DNA from: an uncultured Hormoscilla sp.
GTDB taxonomy: Bacteria; Cyanobacteriota; Cyanobacteriia; Cyanobacteriales; Desertifilaceae
DNA length: 64,000 bases
Assembly (NCBI GenBank): GCA_963921275.4
Contig: OZ001293.3
Span: 2,880,001 to 2,944,000, forward strand
Direction of reading: 5' to 3'
Shown: piece after piece, positions 22,978-35,217 of the stretch
Numbering within the stretch: position 1 is the first letter of the stretch
Layout of the letters: each line of letters opens with the position of its first letter
Position numbers and translations under genes: made by a program
Notes under the pieces: model-generated
The model's input: only the letters and a program-made list of their open reading frames with translations
Told to the model about the DNA's origin: nothing
Databases searched by the model: none

Positions 22978-23300
22978 TCATGAACTCCCAACTTCGAGCG
23001 CTTCTCCGGGAGAAATACTACCTAGGACGTTGCGAACATCAGGTATCAGTGGAACTAAATCGGGAAGTCGATTGCTGGGTGCTACAATAACAACGACTGC
23101 AACTCCTGCTTTTTGCAAGTTTTGCTGATATCGTAAATTCCGATCTGTGGTCAGTAAAATTGGCAAACTCTCTTCAAGCATAAGTTGCAGTAGCTCGCCG
23201 TTTTTCTTTCCTCACCATCCCATCTCCGCAACAGTTCTTACTTCATAATCGGTGAGTTCGCGTTTTAGAGGTCGTGGCACCCATTCATCAAACAGAATTC
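22978..23300 (-). CDS. DUF5615 PIN-like toxin
   Basis: RILFDE..PRPL, LLTTDRNLRYQQNL. Confidence 0.65.
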
Positions 23301-23557
23301 GTATAAGCAGTCAGCATTTCCTTTGCTAATTATGGCGATCGCCTGTTCGCGCTTAACACACTGAGGTTTGTAGTGAGGACGGAAGTCCTCACTACAAACC
23401 TCAGAAAAATCGGAAAATGGTCTAAAAACTCATCCAGTGAATCACCCCCTTCGAGATAATCAAGCAATATTTTCATTGGTACCCGCGTGCCAACAAAAAC
23501 TGGTGTTCCTCCCATTATATCTGGGTCGCTATGGACGATAGGTGATGTATGCTTCAT
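23290..23557 (-). pseudogene. DUF433 antitoxin frameshifted by a 50-nt hairpin insertion (23361-23410)
   Basis: DPDIMGGTPVFVGTRVP..FLDHFP; removing the insert restores CVKREQAIA. Confidence 0.8.
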
Positions 23558-23610
23558 AATCTTCTACATGCTCCACGAATGAGTTCTTGGTTATTATACC
23601 CATAATACAC

Positions 23611-23883
23611 TTAAAACTGCGCTTGATAAGCCAACTCTTCCACTTGTCTGATTTTATTCCAATCTATGGCAGCTACCCACAAGTCTTCTTTTTCCGAGTA
23701 TTCGACAATTCCATCAACTTCTAACTCCTCACTGTATAGCGTCAGTGATTGACCGGACTGTAACTCAATATGTTGACAGGCCAAGTCCTCGATCGTGCCG
23801 ATACAGTTGAGACGCAAACGCCCTTGAATGTCAGCATTGTGAAAATCTGCAAAGACTCTGGTCTTCTGCGTTCGTTCTCCCAT
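23611..23883 (-). CDS. Conserved hypothetical protein (possible immunity/antitoxin)
   Basis: RVFADFHNAD..GRLRLNCIGT; 4 nt downstream of 23888..24208. Confidence 0.6.
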   Translation of the reverse strand: MGERTQKTRVFADFHNADIQGRLRLNCIGTIEDLACQHIELQSGQSLTLYSEELEVDGIVEYSEKEDLWVAAIDWNKIRQVEELAYQAQF

Positions 23884-23887
23884 GTTC

Positions 23888-24208
23888 TTACCTCGCTGGA
23901 TTAGTAATAGTGGGTGTTAAAAGACTGCTAATAATATCTGGACTTAAGCCAGTCATCGTTGCATGATTTGGACTCCTACCTGATGTTCTGATTACCTCTC
24001 CACCGACTTGGCGCACTTCGCCTACTGTTGTTACACCAACTTGCCCGTGAGGAATTGCTGATGCCAATTCTGCTACGGACAATCCTACTGCACATTCGAC
24101 AGAAATTCCTGTTACCCCACTGGGATGGGTTCCCGTTCCACGTTGAATGTCTTCTGGACGATTGCGCCCTCCACGAACCACTAGCGCCCCGTTTGGTATT
24201 ATCTCCAC
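23888..24208 (-). CDS. Hypothetical protein resembling polymorphic-toxin tip domains
   Basis: VVRGG..GISV..GVTTVGEVR..GG.V..PNHAT pattern. Confidence 0.5.
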   Translation of the reverse strand: MEIIPNGALVVRGGRNRPEDIQRGTGTHPSGVTGISVECAVGLSVAELASAIPHGQVGVTTVGEVRQVGGEVIRTSGRSPNHATMTGLSPDIISSLLTPTITNPAR

Positions 24209-24355
24209 AAATCTTAGCTTTTTGACTCAAGTTCACGTCAGCTAGTAATTTTACCATACTGGTTTACCAATGCTATGGGTAGATGTCAACCCTTGACAAG
24301 AGTTCTTCTAGTTCCGTAGTTGCAGGGCGGGCAGCGCCCACCCTACTATTGTACA

Positions 24356-25847
<1,492 letters not shown>

Positions 25848-25903
25848 CTATTTGATTATTCTATCATCCTGGGCGAACTGAGGGCAAGAAAGTAGTTTGT
25901 AGT

Positions 25904-25994
25904 TCCTACGAACGTGCCTGAAATTCCCACATATCAAGGGTTTTAGTCTATACTGCCCCAATTTTTACTTGACAATATTTTACATAGTGGCGAA
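25904..25994 (+). repeat. About 90-bp repeat, copy 1 (copy 2 near 27130-27218)
   Basis: GTGCCTGAAATTCCCACA..CAAGGGTTTTAG.CTATACTGCCCCAAT..TTGACAAT..TACATAGTGGCGAA. Confidence 0.8.
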
Positions 25995-26065
25995 AACTGA
26001 TGTCAGAGCAACGGGCCAGATCGCATGCTATACTATAGAGGTAGTTTCCATATCCAAGCTGACTG

Positions 26066-26248
26066 ATGACAATCCTGTTAGAAATCGAAGCGGCCATCAA
26101 ACAGTTGCCCGAACCGTTCCGGAAAAATCGGGATGTTCGCCAGTTGGCAGCATGGTTACAGACCTATTTAGACGAGCGGTGGGATCTGCAGATGCAGGAC
26201 GACGCCGAAGTAGACATCGCCGCTAACCAAGTGAGAGAGTTGCCTTAA
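26066..26248 (+). CDS. Small antitoxin-like protein with a 15-nt in-frame insertion; possibly internally deleted
   Basis: EIEAAIKQLP..WDLQM; insert 26114-26128. Confidence 0.55.
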   Translation: MTILLEIEAAIKQLPEPFRKNRDVRQLAAWLQTYLDERWDLQMQDDAEVDIAANQVRELP

Positions 26249-26257
26249 AATAAGTAG

Positions 26258-26560
26258 ATGAAGTTTGAGATTGATTTTACCCCAACAGCAGCTAACCATA
26301 TTCGCTCCTACAGGAAGTTTGAGCAAATGATTATCCTTGATGCGATAGAGTCCCTGTGCGAAAATGAACCTCTAAGTGAAACTAGAAACAGAAAGCGGTT
26401 GGGAGAAAACGAACTATCTGATTGGGAAATCAGAGTTCAAAAATATCGGGTATTTTACGATGTCATCCTTGCGGAAGACTCTGGAATTGTCAAAATCAAA
26501 GCTGTCGGACATAAGGAACATAATACGCTGTACATTGGTGGCAAAGAGGTTCAACTATGA
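26258..26560 (+). CDS. RelE/ParE family toxin
   Basis: ETRNRKRL, WEIRV.KYRVFYDV, VGHKE.N.LYIGG. Confidence 0.85.
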   Translation: MKFEIDFTPTAANHIRSYRKFEQMIILDAIESLCENEPLSETRNRKRLGENELSDWEIRVQKYRVFYDVILAEDSGIVKIKAVGHKEHNTLYIGGKEVQL

Positions 26561-26799
26561 AAATTATTCAATTAGAAGAAAAACAAGTAACAGTAGATGA
26601 GCTAATGGAATTAGCAAGGAATGAAGCTGTGGTTTTGCGTCAAGCAGATGGAGCAATGTTTGCTTTAGCACCAGTTGATAATTTTGATGTAGAAGTGGAA
26701 CTACTCAAAAATAATGCTGAATTTATGGCTTTTCTCAAGGAACTATCCGAAGAGGAGGCGACCATTTCATTACAGTCCTTACGGGAGGAACTAGCATAG
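26557..26799 (+). CDS. Antitoxin (Phd-like)
   Basis: ATGA overlap with the toxin; acidic. Confidence 0.7.
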   Translation: MKIIQLEEKQVTVDELMELARNEAVVLRQADGAMFALAPVDNFDVEVELLKNNAEFMAFLKELSEEEATISLQSLREELA

Positions 26800-26824
26800 T
26801 GATGATTTGCTGTAGAAAAGAAAC

Positions 26825-27088
26825 ATGAAGCATGTGTCAATAGAAAAAGTTGAAACTGATTTATTAGGTTATTTGCAGCAGGCCGAGAAGGATTATGTAA
26901 TAATCACTCGTCAAGGCGCCGCTGTGGGAATTCTAATTGGTTTAGAAGATCCTGAAGACTGGTGGGAAGAATTGCTTTTACATAACCCCAAATTTCTTGA
27001 GAGGATAGCACGGGCTCGAAAGCATCTGCAAGAGGGTAAGGGTGTTAGCATAGAGGAGATTAGAGCCAAGTATGAACATCACCCTTGA
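26825..27088 (+). CDS. Phd/YefM family antitoxin
   Basis: VIITRQG..VGILIG. Confidence 0.8.
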   Translation: MKHVSIEKVETDLLGYLQQAEKDYVIITRQGAAVGILIGLEDPEDWWEELLLHNPKFLERIARARKHLQEGKGVSIEEIRAKYEHHP

Positions 27089-27427
27089 CTGCACAACCGC
27101 TGGTGCGCAGTAGTTCGACCTTCGTATTTCCTACGATCGTGCCTGAAATTCCCACAGCTCAAGGGTTTTAGCCTATACTGCCCCAATCGCTCCTTGACAA
27201 TTTTACATAGTGGCGAATATTTCTGTCCGACTACTCAGTCTCTCTGTCAGAACAGTTCGTCCGGGCCTAGCCTCATCATACCCTGGTTAGGCTATGCCGC
27301 GCAGCGCTTCTCCTACTTTCTCTTTTGAGGATCGGTTTGGAGTAAAATTGGGATGTGCTCGCTCGGATCTCCTCCCCGCAAGTGCTATATTATCTATGAT
27401 AACCCCGACCTAGGCAAAACTACCACG

Positions 27428-28552
27428 ATGAGTACATTTGACCGAATGGAACCCCCATCTACCCCCGATTATCCAGCGGATGAAGAACCGGTTACTCAAA
27501 TTGCCGAGAACTTGGAAGATGATTCCGGAGATGATGATGACATCATTCCCTCCAAGTTCTCCATCGCCGTTTCTCGGAGTGATTTTGATGTTGCTGGTTT
27601 AGTCAGACGCATGAGGGACGGGGACATATACATTCCCGACTTTCAAGGTTCCTATGTCTGGAAAATCAAACAAGCTTCGCGTTTTATAGAATCCCTATTG
27701 CTGGGTTTGCCAGTTCCGGGTATATTCTTAGCCAAAGAACCAGACAACAGACACATAGTGATTGACGGACAGCAAAGATTGCGGAGTCTTCGCTATTTCT
27801 GCGATGGGAAGTTTTTAGAAGGTCGCCCAGCGTTTGCTCTTCTTGGAGTTCATAAGGAATTTGAGGGAAAAACATATGAGTCGCTGAATGCCAAGGATCG
27901 ACGCAAATTAGACGACTCTGTTTTATCTGCTACTGTAGTCGATCTACATGGCGATCAAAGCATTATTTACTACATTTTTGAAAGGCTGAATACAGGAGGA
28001 ACTCTGCTCAAACCCCAGGAAATTAGAGATTGCATTTATCACGGCGAATTAAACGAGCTGTTGCAGAAATTAAACTAAAATGAATCTTGGCGTAACATCT
28101 ATGGTAAAATGGATAATAATAAGAAAGACCAAGAACTGATTCTCCGCTTTCTAGTATTTTACTTTGAAGGAGAGAACTACAAACGCAATATGAAAGATTT
28201 GATCAATCAATATATGAGCAAAAACCGCAACCTGCAAAAGCAGTCGGAAGGGGAAATCAGGAAAGCATTTATCCCGACAATTGAAATAATTTATAAATCA
28301 CTCGGGAACAAAGCTTTCCAACTTGAGAAGAGATTTGTTCCAACGATATTTGAGTCGGTTATGATTGCGATCGCGCGCAGGTTGGCGCAAAGTGAGATTA
28401 AGAACCTTGAGGAATTGAAAAGTTGGTATGAATTACTGGTGGAAGCTCGAGAATTTAGGAGTGTATCGATGAAAATCCGCAATTTAACTAGCAAAGAGAA
28501 TTTCCAAAAGCGGATAGAAATTGCTAGCAAGTTATTAGCAGAAGTGGAATAG
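27428..28552 (+). pseudogene. DUF262 (GmrS-like) protein with one in-frame TAA at 28076
   Basis: PDFQ..YVW, IESLLLGLPVP, IDGQQRL, IFERLNTGG; ORF 28109 is in the same frame. Confidence 0.85.
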
Positions 28553-28684
28553 ATACATCGTCGAGATCGTCATCTCGCCGCCGTCACCCTAAAGGGTGCG
28601 GCTACTCGAACTAAGCCCGCCTGCGCGGGCTAGAATATTTTATCGGGTACGGGTAGAATGGGAGAAAGATACCTCCCAACTGCT

Positions 28685-29069
28685 TATGGACTGGACTACT
28701 CCTCTGCGATCACTCCAAGCTGATTTTATCGCCCGCCTGCATTCCGATGCTGCTGTCTTGCATCACTTGACTAATCCTCTACTCAAAGGCTATTTTAGCG
28801 AAATGACGATCGTCTCTGGGGCGGAGTTGGCCCAAGTCCGCCAAAATTGCTGGTCAGTTGCTGACAGGTTGAAGCATCTTTCTGGCCAGCCTATTTATGA
28901 TGTCTTTATCTCTCATTTTTATGCGACAATGGGTGAGTTTGTCGCTAGGAAATATTTGGATGGTTTGGTTGTCAATGTTGATAAATCTGGATTAGGAAGC
29001 GATCGACTGATGGTAGTAAAGACAAAACCATTAATATTTGGCATCTGGAAACAGGGTCTCTATGGCTGA
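28685..29069 (+). pseudogene. Hypothetical gene fragment
   Basis: MDWTTPLRSLQADFI.. ORF; 5' extension of the called ORF is a repeat element. Confidence 0.4.
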
Positions 29070-29134
29070 TGATAAGTTGTTCGATCGTCAGCCAAGCAGC
29101 TATAATAGGAACAGCAAGTAGGAGTCAGCGGACC

Positions 29135-29887
29135 ATGTCTGTAATCAAAGAATTAGAAGCAAGCGTCGAGTCACCGGAAGAGATATTCTTTCCATCAGGG
29201 GAATTCCTCAGCGACGAACCTGTATTTGATAATTATCAGCACTTGCAGCAAATAATGCTGTTAATCAAATGTCTGGACTGGTGGTGGAGAGAACGCCAGG
29301 ATTTCTTCTGCGCCAGCAACCTCACCATTTACTATAGTCGCAATCAGCCCAAATCGAAAGACTTCCGAGGACCAGACTTTTTCGTGGTCCTGGGAGTCGA
29401 TCGCCAAAAACCCCGCAATAGTTGGGTAGTATGGCAAGAAGATGGCAAGTATCCCAATCTAATAGTAGAAATCATGTCGGAAATAACAGCGGACAAGGAT
29501 AGGAGGTTGAAGAAACGAGTATATCAAGACATCTTCCGGATCCCAGATTATTTCTGGTTTGACCCAGAAACACTGGAATTTGCAGGATTTGTGCTAGTTA
29601 GCGGCAAGTATGAAGCCCTGAAACCAAATTTCCAAGGACATTTGTGGAGTCAGCAACTAGAAATGTATCTGGGTATCCATTCCAAGCAACTGCGCTTCTT
29701 TACCCCCGAAGGGATAATAGTACCCACACCAGACGAAGCAGCTGAGTCAGCTAAACAAGAGGCTGAGTTGGCTAAACAAGAGGCTGAGTTGGCTAAACAA
29801 CGCTCACAGTTGGAATTAACTCAACAACGGGTCTATAAGTTAGCGGCAAAACTGCGGGAGTTGGGCATAGATCCAAATAGCCTGTAA
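29135..29887 (+). CDS. Uma2 family endonuclease
   Basis: SDEP, RGPDFFVV, YPNLIVEI, YFWFDP. Confidence 0.9.
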   Translation: MSVIKELEASVESPEEIFFPSGEFLSDEPVFDNYQHLQQIMLLIKCLDWWWRERQDFFCASNLTIYYSRNQPKSKDFRGPDFFVVLGVDRQKPRNSWVVWQEDGKYPNLIVEIMSEITADKDRRLKKRVYQDIFRIPDYFWFDPETLEFAGFVLVSGKYEALKPNFQGHLWSQQLEMYLGIHSKQLRFFTPEGIIVPTPDEAAESAKQEAELAKQEAELAKQRSQLELTQQRVYKLAAKLRELGIDPNSL

Positions 29888-29945
29888 GATGAGTGATATA
29901 CGTTCGCATCGGATGAAATAATATAAGTAGGCAACTTTTGTCAAT

Positions 29946-30323
29946 ATGCCACCAAAAATAACTGATATGGTTGCATGGCAGCAAGCAGAACTGCTGATGC
30001 AACCCGCCTTACTCCGCGTCGTCGATAACATCCGCAAGCAGTTGGAAAACTCTGACTGGACTGGCACCTATGAAGATGTCCAGACTCCCATACCGGGTTA
30101 TAATCTATGTTTGCAGCATCAAGACCAGCAGATCGATGTGGATGTCTGGGAACTCTGCTATGAAGTCTGTTTTCGCGACTACAAAGCTCATTCGCAACTA
30201 GAAAGTCAGGAAGTGGCGATCGACAGTAGTTTGCTCGATATCACCGGTGATGTGGACTGGCAGCGTTTGGAGGCAAAAACTCAGGCGATAATCAGTGCCT
30301 TGTTCGCGTCTTTGCCCACATAA
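29946..30323 (+). CDS. Conserved cyanobacterial hypothetical protein
   Basis: WQQAELLMQPA..DNIRKQLE.S.W.G.Y; W.LCY.VCF. Confidence 0.75.
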   Translation: MPPKITDMVAWQQAELLMQPALLRVVDNIRKQLENSDWTGTYEDVQTPIPGYNLCLQHQDQQIDVDVWELCYEVCFRDYKAHSQLESQEVAIDSSLLDITGDVDWQRLEAKTQAIISALFASLPT

Positions 30324-30427
30324 GCACCTGAAAATAGTTCGATCGTGGCGGACTTTAGTCCTTATCTCGCGAAGTCGCAGGTGAGGACTTTAGTCCTCAC
30401 TACAAACCTCAGAAAAACATGAAGGGG

Positions 30428-30738
30428 ATGATGACAGCATTACAGGATATCCAAGCAGCAGCAGGCGCAACCTTTGTAGATGGAGTTGCAGTTAGTTTCG
30501 GGAATGAACCGGCGGCAATAGCAACTGCCCGCGTGGCGCTGTGCGATCGCACCCACTGGGGGCGCATCCAGCTAACAGGGGCAGATCGGGTGCGCTTTTT
30601 ACACAACCAGACTACCAACGATTTTCAAATCCGCAAACCCGGACAGGGATGTGATACAGTATTCGTGACATCAACTGCCCGCACCATTGACCTAGCAACA
30701 GCTTACATCGCGGAAGATGCCATCCTATTGCTATCTCC
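30428..30738 (+). pseudogene. YgfZ/GcvT-like folate-binding protein, 5' fragment
   Basis: DRTHWGRI..TGADRVRFLHNQTTN; stops matching after about 100 codons. Confidence 0.8.
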
Positions 30739-31305
30739 AAAGTCAATACATCGAGCAATTGTTGCAGTATTTTGATCGCAAACGCTATCAGTTCTGTGGT
30801 GGACGCATTTTGCTATGGGACAAAACGGATGCGATGGTGAGTGTCAATTACCATAATGAGTTCTTTCTGATACCGGCGGGCAGCTTTATTCCAGCAGGCA
30901 TGATTCAGGGAGCTAATATGGTGATTCACAGGGAAGTGATCGAAAAGGTGGGTGGCTTTCATCCAAAGATGGGAGCAGGCATGAAATTGTGTTGTGAAGA
31001 CATCGAAATGATGGGACGAGCCTGCATGAACGGTTTCACTGGTGCCCATCTTCCGCAATTGGTGGTTTATCATCATCATGGGCGCAAACCCGGAAGCCTG
31101 GAGTTGAAGGAATTAGGGTATACATATGACACCGGGCGCGGTGCTTATTATGCCTGTATGAGCGATCGCGGCTTTCTCGACTACTGGAAAGAAGGCATGA
31201 AAAGGTCACTCACCTTCTGCTCAAGATCTGGGCGAAAATCCTCTTATAGTATGCTCGTCAATGAACTTAAGGGTGCGCAAATCTACTTTGAAATGAAAGC
31301 GAAAG
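30739..31305 (+). pseudogene. Internal fragment of a family 2 glycosyltransferase
   Basis: GANM..VGGF..MGAG..ED.E..V.HHHGR. Confidence 0.65.
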
Positions 31306-31990
31306 GAGTAATCGACCTGCCCTCTGCTTTCGGTTCCCCCGTCTTCACATAACTATACAGCCCACTGCCCATCGGGTCTGCCAAGACATTTTGAACTATA
31401 GCATTCTTTTCTTTCAAATACATCGCCACCCCTGCAAAGGTGCCACCCGTACCCGTTGAGGCGACCCAGGCATCAACTTTACCATCAGTTTGGGTCCAAA
31501 TTTCCGGACCAGTAGTTTCATAATGAGCCCGTCGATTAGCTAAATTGTCAAACTGATTGGCCCAGATCGCATTTTCCATCTCAGCGGCGATTCTGCCAGA
31601 CAGCTTGACATAATTGTTAGGGTCTTTGTATGGTACAGTCGAGACCGTTTGCACGTCGGCACCCAAGGTGCGCAAGGCATCTATCTTCTCTTGAGATTGG
31701 GTTTCCGGAATGATAATCTTGCACTTATAGCCTTTAGCATTGCAAATATGGGCTAAACCAATCCCCGTATTGCCAGCAGTGCCCTCAACTACCGTGCCAC
31801 TGGGTTTAAGTAAGCCTTTTTCTTCAGCATCTTGAATAATGTAAAGTGCTGCCCGGTCCTTCACGGAACCGCCGGGATTGAGAAACTCAGCCTTTCCCAG
31901 GATTTCGCAACCCGTTTCCTCGCTGAAGCTGTTGATCCGGATTAAGGGCGTGTTGCCCACGGTGCCGACGAAGCCTGCTTTTATATCCAT
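31305..31990 (-). pseudogene. cysK: Cysteine synthase, 3'-truncated
   Basis: [24 protein letters not shown]; ends after about 228 aa at ..SIT. Confidence 0.85.
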
Positions 31991-32091
31991 GTGTTCCCCA
32001 AATTCTCAATATCTCAGATATTGTATACCTTAAACTAGAGTACGATCGCGTTTCCAGTCTCCGGCTGGTTTCGAGAGGAAGAGGGTGAATT

Positions 32092-32159
32092 AAGAAACCC
32101 GGTTTTTCCAAAAAACCGGGTTTCTGGGCTACCGGTGCATATACCCGCCGCAAAAGTGA
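32092..32159 (+). repeat. AGAAACCCGGTTTTT..AAAAACCGGGTTTCT palindrome family
   Basis: Variants near 4195, 5409, 19865, 43780, 61694, 62254; shared tail ATACCCGCCGCAAAAGTGA near 4245 and 32141. Confidence 0.8.
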
Positions 32160-32178
32160 AACGAGGGTAAGATAACTG

Positions 32179-32817
32179 TTACTTATTCGGTTGAGGAGTC
32201 ATCCGCAGGTAGGGCTTGACTTCGGTGTAACCTTTGGGGAATTTCTCCTTCAGGACTTCTGGGTCTTTCAGGGAGGGGACGATCACGCAGTCGCCGCCAT
32301 CTTTCCAGTTGACCGGGGTAGCGACGCTGTGGTTGTCTGTCAACTGCAAGGAGTCGATCACTCGCAAGAGTTCGTCGAAGTTGCGTCCAGTACTGGCGGG
32401 GTAGGTGAGGGTGAGGCGGAGTTTCTTGTCCGAGTCGATGATGAAGACAGAACGCACTGTCAAGGTATTGCTGGCGTTGGGGTGGATCATGTCGTAGAGG
32501 TCCGAGACCTTCTTATCAGGATCCGCTAAGATGGGATAGTTGACGGTGGTCTTCTGGGTTTCGTTGATATCCCCGATCCAGCCTTTGTGAGACTCAACGC
32601 TATCGACGCTGAGGGCGATCGGCTTGACGTTACGCTTGTCAAATTCCGATTTGAGGCGGGCGACTTCCCCCAGTTCGGTAGTGCAAACAGGGGTATAGTC
32701 GGCGGGGTGGGAGAATAGGATCACCCAGCTATCGCCTGCCCAGGAGTAAAAGTCGATTTCACCTTCAGAGGACGCCTGGGTGAAGTTGGGGACTGTGTCG
32801 CCTAGTCTCAGTGTCAT
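32179..32817 (-). CDS. 1-Cys peroxiredoxin
   Basis: FSHPADYTPVCTTE, YPASTGRNFDE. Confidence 0.95.
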   Translation of the reverse strand: MTLRLGDTVPNFTQASSEGEIDFYSWAGDSWVILFSHPADYTPVCTTELGEVARLKSEFDKRNVKPIALSVDSVESHKGWIGDINETQKTTVNYPILADPDKKVSDLYDMIHPNASNTLTVRSVFIIDSDKKLRLTLTYPASTGRNFDELLRVIDSLQLTDNHSVATPVNWKDGGDCVIVPSLKDPEVLKEKFPKGYTEVKPYLRMTPQPNK

Positions 32818-32983
32818 AATCTAGTTCCTGTAGTCTTCTACTAATTGTTTCCAACTTTACATTTTCCCACATACCCTGATGCTCCCACCTAATTTTAGAT
32901 ATTCTTAGGATTTGGATTGCATTTGCTGATAGACTGTATTAAGTTGAGTAATGTGTTATCTTCGCGCTTAAATAGGTTTGCCG

Positions 32984-33286
32984 ATGTTTCAATTGTTATA
33001 TTTTATACTACATGCCCTGGATCCGTTTCTGGTTCCGATTTGCTTTGTCTGTGCCTGGATGTTAGTGCTGATGGTAGCTTGGAGTCTCTGGAGGGCCGTG
33101 CGATCGGGGGTTGCGATTTTTCGCGCAGCGTGGGCCCAGATGATGCACCAGATCCCCTGTACCGGCTGTCAGTTTTTCACCAATGATTACCGGCTCAAAT
33201 GTACGGTGCGGCCTCAAATTGCCAATACCGAGAGGGCGATCGCCTGTTCTGACTATTCTGCCAAACAGAATCCTTTCAGTCTATAG
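32984..33286 (+). CDS. Conserved cyanobacterial membrane/Cys-motif protein with a 15-nt in-frame insertion
   Basis: PICF..AW, MHQIPC..C.FFT.DYRLKCTV.P..A.TE.AI.C. Confidence 0.8.
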   Translation: MFQLLYFILHALDPFLVPICFVCAWMLVLMVAWSLWRAVRSGVAIFRAAWAQMMHQIPCTGCQFFTNDYRLKCTVRPQIANTERAIACSDYSAKQNPFSL

Positions 33287-33302
33287 GGCGATCGCATTTT
33301 TG

Positions 33303-34350
33303 TCAGGTTTGCAATTGAAATTCTTCTGGAGAGATTCCCCAATTGACCCAACAAATTGCCTCCCGTGCTGATTCTACATCAGGAGGCACCCGCAATGCAT
33401 GAATGAATCCGGTGCTGGGGCAGGTCATTTTCAATAAATAAATTGGTTCGACATCCCCATCGATTCTCAATAAGGTATATTCTTGCCAAGTATCTAGGGC
33501 GATCGCCTGCAACTCTTGGATCATTCTGGCGTAGCCAATGAGTTAATACGCGCCGCAGTTCCGCATTATTTTCTGCTAAAATCCATTCCGATCGCCACTG
33601 GTGCGGGTGTAGCTTACCGTACTTTTCAGGTAATACTACTCCCTGATAAGCATAAACACTCAAACCATCTGCATATTGAATCGCTGGTCCCCCTTCTGCA
33701 TGCAGAAATAGTTGGTCGTCCAGAGAAATAGAGAAATAATTTTCGGGCGCGAACAAACAATACAAATCTTTTCAAACGGAAAAATCCAACCAGCGTTTTT
33801 CATCAGTCGCTGATATACATGTTTTTTGATAAGCTTGACAATTCAATTCTGAAATACAATAATCCAACAATCTTCCAAAATAAACAAAATTTTCTGTGAC
33901 GACAAAAACTATCTTCTAGCTCGATATTTATTCCAAGTTTGTTGTCTATCGCCGAGGAGATTTGAATTGCTCCTCCGAACGTTATTATTTGTCTTGCTTC
34001 TATTTCCCCAAATATCTCATCCTCTATCATCATCTTTTTTCTGAGTCTAATTACTAGAGCGAAATGTAATGGCGCAAATATTTCAGTTCTGTCAGAGAGG
34101 ACGATAAATTCAAGAAAATATGTCTCCAAGCAGAAGCGGGACTGTCCACAAAAATTATGTCTGGTTCTTCTGTGCCCATAAATTCATAGACAGCTTGTAT
34201 AGCTTCTGTTGCTTGGCTTCGATCTAGCGATGCAGTCGATGTAGCAATTTTCCACCATTTTTCCTGGTAAACTGGCATCATAGCTTCTTGCTCTGGCGTC
34301 AGTTGTTCGATCTTAGTTTGTGAGATCCTGTCGGACTCCTCCCTTTGCCT
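33303..34350 (-). pseudogene. DUF6745-type protein, multiple frameshifts
   Basis: IEQLTPEQEA, LHAEGGPAIQYADG, NAELRRVL, MTCPSTG..H.LRVPP across several frames. Confidence 0.8.
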
Positions 34351-34481
34351 TCTTTGCTGATTATACATCAAACTGCACCCGCAATACATTAAATTTTATC
34401 TTTTTTGGGGGCCTCTCATATTTAATAATAGACTCTGCTCCATGCTATTACCCTCATGCATTCTGCCCCCTAGCCGCCGCG

Positions 34482-35216
34482 TTAATGAGATGCTCCCGTT
34501 TCTTGAGTATAGAGCGATCGCCCGCACGGTCCGCGGACGGCCCGAAAAATCGGGGTAGCCAAGTCCGGTCTACCAACCTCGCACAGGGCCCGATCGCGAA
34601 TGCGGCAAGAGTCGCAGGCCCCACAGGGAAGTTCTTCGCCCTGATAGCAAGAGTAAGTCTCTTGAATGGGAACCCCCAACTGCAAGGCGCGACGGACGAT
34701 ATCCGCTTTAGAATCTTTAACTAAGGGGGCAACCAATTTAGGGGCCTTGCCTTCCAGTCCCACTTGAGATGATAAATTAGCCAACTGACCGAAAGCTGCC
34801 AAATATTCCGGGCGACAGTCAGGATAGCCAGAATAGTCTACCGCATTAATGCCCAGATAGATAGCTGACGCCCCCTTTGCTTCCGCCAGGGAAAGGGCGA
34901 TCGCGATAAAGACGGTATTGCGTCCGGGCACATAGGTAATAGGAATTATCCCTGGTTTGACGCCATCAGTAGGTACGGAAACATTTCGGTCGGTGAGGGC
35001 CGAACCTCCCCACTGGGATAAATTAACATCTATGATATAATGTTCGGCAAGGTGCAACTCTTTGGCAATAGTTTGGGCAGCCTCTAGTTCCCGATCGTGC
35101 CGTTGCCCGTAACGAAAGGATATAGCTATAGTTTGGTAGCCATCGGCAATAGCTTGGGCCGCAGCGGTGGAGGAGTCCAGTCCGCCAGACAGGAGGGCGA
35201 TCGCCTTTTCGTTCAT
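34482..35216 (-). CDS. queC: 7-cyano-7-deazaguanine synthase (24-nt insertion near C-terminus)
   Basis: LSGGLDS, YVPGRN, YPDCR, CY..CG.CDSC. Confidence 0.95.
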   Translation of the reverse strand: MNEKAIALLSGGLDSSTAAAQAIADGYQTIAISFRYGQRHDRELEAAQTIAKELHLAEHYIIDVNLSQWGGSALTDRNVSVPTDGVKPGIIPITYVPGRNTVFIAIALSLAEAKGASAIYLGINAVDYSGYPDCRPEYLAAFGQLANLSSQVGLEGKAPKLVAPLVKDSKADIVRRALQLGVPIQETYSCYQGEELPCGACDSCRIRDRALCEVGRPDLATPIFRAVRGPCGRSLYTQETGASH

Positions 35217-35217
35217 C

